Source: Chrysomallon squamiferum (taxonomy: Eukaryota; Animalia; Mollusca). Taken from it: 64,000 nt of DNA. Where the stretch lies: the NCBI GenBank assembly GCA_012295275.1, contig CM022665.1:38440001-38504000 (forward strand). Direction: 5' to 3'. The notes beneath the pieces were generated by a model. That model searched no databases and had not been told where the DNA came from. It saw only the letters and a list, made by a program, of their open reading frames with translations. Position 1 is the first letter of the stretch, and every line of letters starts with the position of its first letter. Both the position numbers and the translations under genes were made by a program. Below, piece by piece: positions 56,272 to 64,000 of the stretch.

Positions 56272-56545
56272 TCTGATATTAAGCGTAATATCATCTTCTG
56301 ATGGTAAAGTGATCGTTGTCATCTTCTAATATTAAGCTTGTTATCTGATTTTAAGATTATTATCGTTTGATATTAAGCTTTCAGTTTTCATTTGACATTA
56401 GACTTCTTACCATGAAGTGTTTATTAGGCTCGTTATTATCATCTCGTATATTCGTTATGTCATCTAACACTAAGTTTATTATTGAGCTTTGTTATCATTG
56501 TCTGATATAAAGCTTGTCACCGTCTCCTGATATTAAGCGTTAAAG
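56272..56545 (+). repeat. Degenerate 20-27 bp tandem array, core TCTGATATTAAGC
   Basis: CTGATATTAAGCG (~56273), CTAATATTAAGCT, CTGATTTTAAGA, TTGATATTAAGCT, CTGATATAAAGCT and CTGATATTAAGCG (~56528). Confidence 0.75.
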
Positions 56546-56748
56546 TCTTAAGCCTACAGGAATGTCGTCCCTTCGATCAAGTTCAGTTCAGACTCGGTTT
56601 ATTTCTCGTTTAGCTCGTTTTCATGATTAATTTTGTATCTTTGTAAATACTGCATACAAAACGATGTGTTATTCTTCGGGGAACGCGAGATCAAAGCCGC
56701 CTTACCTGTTCTCCAGCTCATTGTGGCCAAGGGGCCCTTCTCTCGCTA

Positions 56749-57004
56749 AATCAGCTGATTATTACTCTGTCAATATTTGCGAAAATCTGAAAGAAAATTC
56801 CCCACAGTCCGTTTTATTGCATTATCAGTGCAAAAGAAGTAGTCCGTCTCAGCTGAACAAGAAATACTCTGTAAAACGAGTGGCGCGTGTTAATCTTGAA
56901 ATCTGTCCAATTTACTCGTGAGTTTCTATTGTAGTGTGGTCAGCGTGAATGGAGACAAACTAACAGTCAGATGTTACAGGATAAACAATCCGTGGATCAG
57001 CTGA
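56749..57004. promoter_or_regulatory. E-box/HES-site cluster, candidate 3' enhancer
   Basis: TCAGCTGA at 56751, 56849 and 56997; CAGATG at 56968; GGCGCGTG (reverse CACGCG class C site) at 56882; CTCGTG (reverse N-box CACGAG) at 56915. Confidence 0.45.
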
Positions 57005-58039
57005 CCTCGCTTCTTTTTTTTTTTTTTTTTTTTTTTTCACCGAGTATTTTAAATATAACATGTTATTTTCATCCGGTTTACAGTTTCTGTACAAAAAAAT
57101 CATAGGGTCCTATTTCTCTCTTACACCGGTCTCGGCCATACTGGCTGAATGTTTTAAAGTATTGTTCTTTTTTTTTTTTTTTTTTTTAATTAGTATTTTT
57201 ATTTTAAAATTAAATATTATTTGTTATAGATAAATAATTTTCAGGCCAGCCTCATTTTTTTCTTCTTCTTCTTTTTTTTATCTATGAATATTTCAGTATA
57301 TCGTTTTATGATAATCTGGTTTACTGTTTAAAATTTTTAATTTCAAAACTGTTATTTGTTTCAGGATTATCAATACTTAAGCCGGACTAATTCTCTTTTT
57401 TTTTTTTTTCTAAACTCAGTTCAATACATCATTCTATTTTTATTTGGTTTATTCATTATTAATTTAATTTTAAAACTGTCACATGTTTTAGGATATACAA
57501 TCTGTAGGTCATCTTCGCTCTTGTTTTGCTGAATATTTCAGTAGATCATGTTATATTTTTAATCTTAGTTATTAATTATTATCATTAGTTGATGATGATG
57601 ATAATGATGAAATACCTAATAATATAAAGTGAAAGAAAGTAAATGAAAAAACATCTACTATTAGGTTCTTTGATCGTGGAATAAAATTAAAACTTAAATA
57701 ATCTGTGTACAAAAAAGTTTTCCTAACTAAAAGTGCTGGGAGATACCACTCCCCGAAATCACATGCATATCTTTCAATTTTAAAGTACAAGGTTAACTTC
57801 ATAACCAGTGCGAAATGAATATGTATATGGCACCCAAATGACCATGTGAATTTTGGCGCCAAAACACATGACTGGTTTCTTTTAAAAAGCTTCTGTTTGA
57901 GAGTAGTGAGCCGTCGCGAGCAGACAAGATGATTTCAGAGTGATAAATGTAAAACTATTAAAGTTGCTGGTCTAGAATGTACACAGTTACAGTGTAGAAA
58001 ATAATTATGTTTGTGGAGAGAGACAGAGATAGCTACAAA

Positions 58040-58136
58040 CATTCATACATATATACATACATACATACACACATACATACATACATACACACACACATAT
58101 ACATACACACATATATTTATACATACACATATACAG

Positions 58137-58171
<35 letters not shown>

Positions 58172-58185
58172 TATATATATACAGA
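58040..58185 (+). repeat. (CATA/CA/TA)n compound microsatellite
   Basis: Directly visible; similar tracts at 58690-58895, 61992-62360 and 63065-63275. Confidence 0.93.
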
Positions 58186-61100
58186 GAGAAAGGGCGGAGT
58201 CTAATCTTGTGTGTTTGACTATTGAATATACGTCTCCATTTATAATAAAAATATAACTAGAAAGCCAAAAAAAAAAAGGAGATTAATGCTTTAAAATGCA
58301 GGATTGTGATTCACTTCGGAAATATTACACATCTCCTTACGTCAATAAATAACATCTTACGATTATTATATTCACTGGTAAACAAATTTTGTCGCTGTAT
58401 TGCGGGACGCCTTCTGATTTTTTTTCTCCAACTCCTCCTCGCTGAAAGATGAATTATTTTCTATTTGTCGACTCTCGTAATGTCACAAATAACAGAATAT
58501 CTGTCGCAGGTACACACAAAATGATGACGTTCCGAAACACACGAGTAAATGTGAGACCTGTCGCTAGCTGACAAGCGAAATACAAAATGTTGGGATGTCC
58601 TAGCAGTCGTTACTATTAATCACGTCTTCTGAATCTTACGCATAATTTCATTCATTCGCTTCTTCACTCACATCCATTCATTCATTCGTTTATGTATGTG
58701 TGTATTTATGCATGTATGTATAATTGTGTATGCATGAATGTATGTGTGTATGCATGTATGCATGTATGTATGTATGTGTGTATATGTGTGTTTATATGTA
58801 TGTATGTATGTATGTATAATTGTATATTTGTGTATGTATAATTGTATAAAATGTATCTATGTATGTATCTAATTATGTGTATGTGTCTGTATTTACGTTT
58901 CTAGGTACACACATTTGAACGTAAGAAAATATGCATGTGTATATAAATATATATATATATCTACAAACCAATATTTAGTGTTTACATAAAACCTAATATT
59001 AACAACACAAGTTCTTCTCGCGTATTCTTCACCTCGTTACCTACATACACACTTCAACACAAACACACGAAATGACGGACAAAACACAAATACTTTATTA
59101 ACATGTAGATCACAATCCTACGACACTCCAAATACCAGGCCACGTCAATCAATACTGCACGTATACAACCCACGAAAAACGAGAAGTCGAATATTAAAAC
59201 CACCGACCTCTGACCCCTCGAGGTATACGACAAACATGCCGCTGAATGAAGACCTCGAGTAATAATGCTGCGAATATGCGATGAATGCATTAATTGTAAA
59301 CATTGAAAAAACAGGGCAAGTTGCATCAGACAAAAACTAATGTCAGATTTATAATAGACTTATTTCAACACTCAAGGCCGAGCACTGTGGTACAGAAGTA
59401 CGGGGTTGGGCCCGCTAACACAAGAGTTGTGCGTAGCAAGCAAGTTACCCATGTGGTCTTTATGCACGTACCTAACACGTATTCGAGAAACCATTGCAAA
59501 GCTTTGAAAAATCTTTACGTTGACATATAACTCTCGTATTATAAATATCGCCCCACACGAAGACGCGGTCTCATATAAAATATTAATAGAAAATTTCTTA
59601 TCTTATCTCACTCTCTTGACAACTAATTCTGTGTCTTATGTTATAATACAACGCTGGCAGAAAATGGAAATACCCGACGAAGCGGGACACGTGAACTATG
59701 GGGAATCGACCCCGCTTCACTCGCAGTGTGAGAAGAATTACTCTGTAACACAGTAAAAGACAGTTCGTCATCACACAAACTGATAACATCTGATATCCAA
59801 GGCCGTACAAACCAGATATTTTCTCAGAAAGATTTAATATTTTGTATATGATATTTCATCACATTTATTAGATTAATTTTATTAGGCATATATACCATTC
59901 ATATTATATGATAATATATAATAAATATAAGAATGTCAGTCGAGTGATTTTATTATAATAACTGTTAGCTTCGTTTTGTGATTAGCAGCAAACAAACTGT
60001 TATAGTTACTTTCATACATACAGGAGACAGATATTACGGAACAGTATTGTCAAACTTGGAGCACTCGCCAGAACGGGACATTTCCCTTGAAGTAACAGTC
60101 CGATATTGATTTTTCGCAACTGCTGCTTGCAAAAACAAAAACAACAACAAAAAACAAACAACAACAACGCAACAACCAAAAGAAGCACCCCTGGCAAAAA
60201 AATAATTATATATAGACCTAAACACTTACACTTAAAACTTTCTTGTCAAAAACACTAGGACCAGTTTCCAGTTAAATGTTTTAACCTTGTTAATAAGTTA
60301 GCGTGTTAGCTGTTGTGAAAAACGAATATGTTTTGCTCGATCAGTTATTAGATCATTTTTGTAAGTTGCGTATTTAAAATAGTGTTACGATTGTTGGTAT
60401 ATGTTTTAAGGATTTATTTATGGAACCTTTTAAATAATAACTGAACCTTTTTTTTTCTTTCTTTTTTTAATAAAAACATAATTCTTAAAATGTCGTATTC
60501 TTACAAAGGTATAGGTTACTGTTTTTATTTGAGTCTTTTCAAAAACAATAGCTCAGTTTCAAGCGTTTCGTGTTAAATGTACAAATCTCCTTCCCATATT
60601 TTTCACAGTTTTAATATTTGAGTAAAATATTACATATCAGAATCTGAGTACTCTGAATACGAAATCCATGGCAGATCAACAAAATGATGAAATGGAGAAA
60701 ACGAACAACAACAACAACAGCAGCAGCAGCAGCAACAACAACAACAACGACAACAACAACAAAACCAAAAAGAACAAGAGCAACAACGAATAAAAAAAAA
60801 AAAATAACCCCAAAACAGTGAACAAACGTTATAACAGTACAGCAATATTAACAATTACAAGTTATTCTTTTTCAAAACTTCATAAAAAGGAAAGCAAAAA
60901 CAACAACAACAACAACAACAACAAACAAACAAACAAAAAACAACAACCAAGAGAATCCAACAAAAAAAAAAAAAAAAAAAAAAAAAAATAAATAATAATA
61001 AAAAAAAAAAAAAATAAAAAAAATAAAAGATAACAGGTCAAAGCAATATAAAGTGAAAACAAAAACAAAATATAACATGTGTACAGAACAGTTATCAGAA

Positions 61101-61991
61101 CAACAACAACAAAATACACTACTACTGCTACTACTACAACAACAACAACTACTACTAATAATAAACAACATGAAAAAATAACAATAATTGTAAAAAAAAG
61201 GGTTTTTCTTTTTTTTATTTTATTCACCATAAAAGTGCAAAAAAATAAATCACAAAAAACACATACACACACAAAAATAAAACCCCCAACAACAACAAAA
61301 CATTAACAACAAACAAACAAACAAGCAAAGAAAAACAAAACAAAACAAACAAACAACAACCAAAAATTAAAACGCACATCGTATCAAACACAGGTGTCCT
61401 CAGCAGAAGACAGGGAGAGAGAGAGACTTTGCCCTGTGGATCTGAAAGTAAACGATAGCTCTGTGTACTTCTTATATATATATCTCAACATGTAATACTT
61501 TTTTTTAACACATGCACATACTTTTTATCTTATCTCAGTGCCCTCACACACTTCATTATGCACCTGCATGTTTTGCAACCCCAGGAAAATTCCTGCGAAC
61601 GCTGATGGTTGTTGTTGCATCGTTGGTAAATAAATTATTACTTAGATAACAGCTAGTTTTCTTTTATATCTCTTTATCTGGATTTGTAAGAAAACATCAG
61701 TTTTTGAAATGCATTTGTAAAGGAACTAGCTTATGCAGTAATTTGGCTTCTAGCTGTATTTAACATTTTAATGCAGCAGGGTGTAATTATATGTAAATTT
61801 ACGTATGGCAGGGTTAGATTTATGTAGATGGGAGACATGTTTGCATTACGATGTGCGCTCGTTATATATGGAAACAAGATATTTGTATATTGCGTGGAGT
61901 ATTTTGGAACGAATGTGTCATATGCCTGTTACAGCAACCCTGCTTTTTGATGTTAATCATATACGACGCTTCAGTAAATAAATAATTATAA

Positions 61992-62053
<62 letters not shown>

Positions 62054-63162
62054 AAAACACACACACATACACACATACATAAGACAGAGAATATTCAAAA
62101 TCCTAAACTACACACATACATACATACATATACACATATACATTCACACATACATACACACATAAATCATACATACATATAATAGAGACATATACATTCA
62201 TACACACATACACTTATATACATATATGCATGCATACGCATGCATAATATATATTTATGTGTATATATGTATGTATGTATGTATGTGTATTTGTGTGTGT
62301 ATGCATGTATATATATACACAAATACACACACACACATACATACATACATATATACACATATCAAGTTGTGTTGCTAACAAACAGAAAATCTGAACTATT
62401 ACACACTCACACGTTTATATGTGAATTAATTTCATTTAACACTAAACTGCATAAACATAAAACAGGTACTGAAAAACACTATCATACAAGACGTTTCTTC
62501 ATGTGCAGTGATGCACACCTCCTTTACCCGTCGCAAACTCATGGTTCAAGCACGTCCGTTCTGGACAGTGGCTACGGTTCTGGAAGGAAGGAGCAGAGGA
62601 CAGAACGGGCAACTATTGACATTCATACACATGGAGATGGTTTTGAATCAACATATCAGTATTTATATACAGATCACGATTAATAAGGCAGGCCTGAGTT
62701 GAGAGAGATGACAAACACTCGACTTGCTACTTAATAAGTCTGTACAAACAACCACGTCAAAAGGTCTTCGCCTGCCGACCTGAGGAGAAAACGTACAATG
62801 TATTATGTAGATTATTTAAGTGTTTGTACCTATATCCTGACATTCTGTGTGCTTCTCTTTAGCGCCATCTCTGTCCCCTGTCTGTCTGTCTGTCTGTCTG
62901 TCCTCCTCCGTCTCAGTCTGTCTGTCTTGATCTTTCTCTCCATGTTCTTTTCTTTGTTCTTTTCTTTTTTCTCTCTATCATTACAGTACACACTCATACA
63001 CATGGATATGCATTCACAAACGTGTATGTACATATATTTAGAGATACAGTTTACATTCATTTATATTCATACACATGCAAACATACATACATATAAACAT
63101 ACATACACACACATATATACATACATATGCGTACATACAGGATACATACAGGCACACACATG

Positions 63163-63194
<32 letters not shown>

Positions 63195-64000
63195 CATATA
63201 TGCCTACAAACGCACACATTAGTACATACACACATACACACAAGTAAGTACGAACGTACATATATATATATATTCATTCAAACGTACACACTTCTATCAT
63301 CCTTTCACCACAGAACTGTCACACATGCCAGTCGTAACCTCTCCGCAGTTGTGCTTAAGACAGATCCCAATTAAAGTTATTTACGTGTTCCAATGTCACT
63401 CTACTGCTTTATAAATACATATTCATATGCACATTTTTCCGATTCACCTCCACCTACGTTAAATACATTAAGACAACTCGTAAAGTTTTCTTTTTCTTTC
63501 TAATTTGAAAATGTGTGTGAATTAATAGGCGTCCTTGTTATTTTTATTATATTTTGCGCTTGTGTATATAAATCTGTGCATAATATTTTTAATTTTTTTT
63601 TTATGTCTTAATATTTTAAATATTTATTTGTGTCAGTGCATCTTTGTACATACATTGCTAACCGAGATAAATTAAAAAAATATATATTTTATATATGTAA
63701 TTATCTTTACTATCGAAGTAAAGTCCTTCGTAATCTTTGCCCCAGGATTCTCTATATTGTGCTACAGGTTTGTTTATTTCCGTGTACCTGTCAACCCACG
63801 GGTCAGGTGAAAGTACAATAATTTGTCTTACTGATTTATAAGTAGAAATTTTCATGTTATACTTGTAAGCAGTTTGTTTACTTACTTCATACGAGTCAAG
63901 CAAAGCGCCTTGTAAATGGTTAATATTAGACAGAGTTTTAGTTAGACAGAGTAAACGACTTGTTTTGTTTTTACATGGGACTGAGAGATTGAGAGAGAGA

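Noticed and set aside
59695-59725. tRNA-like B-box (minus GGGGTCGATTCCCC)
   Set aside because: No cloverleaf or matching A-box seen; at most a SINE remnant.

Overview
Eukaryotic, AT-rich, microsatellite-dense invertebrate genomic DNA. It is probably molluscan (gastropod), inferred from remembered SINE-like remnants and not verified. Only one protein-coding gene is supported: an intronless atonal-superfamily bHLH transcription factor of the Delilah/Taxi family (+, 54666-55364), with CCAAT and TATA motifs and short uORFs upstream. The ~54 kb upstream has no recognisable CDS. It looks like a regulatory gene desert containing simple repeats, old SINE and MITE fragments, several degenerate 20-90 bp tandem arrays, one young 39-bp minisatellite with higher-order structure, and GC/CpG-rich islands with neurogenic TF motifs. 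Downstream are a cluster of three TCAGCTGA E-boxes with HES-type sites and a chain of minus-strand splice and poly(A) signals that may be a convergent spliced transcript. Almost all other ORFs in the track are microsatellite artefacts. No CRISPR array, rRNA, tRNA or autonomous transposon was seen.
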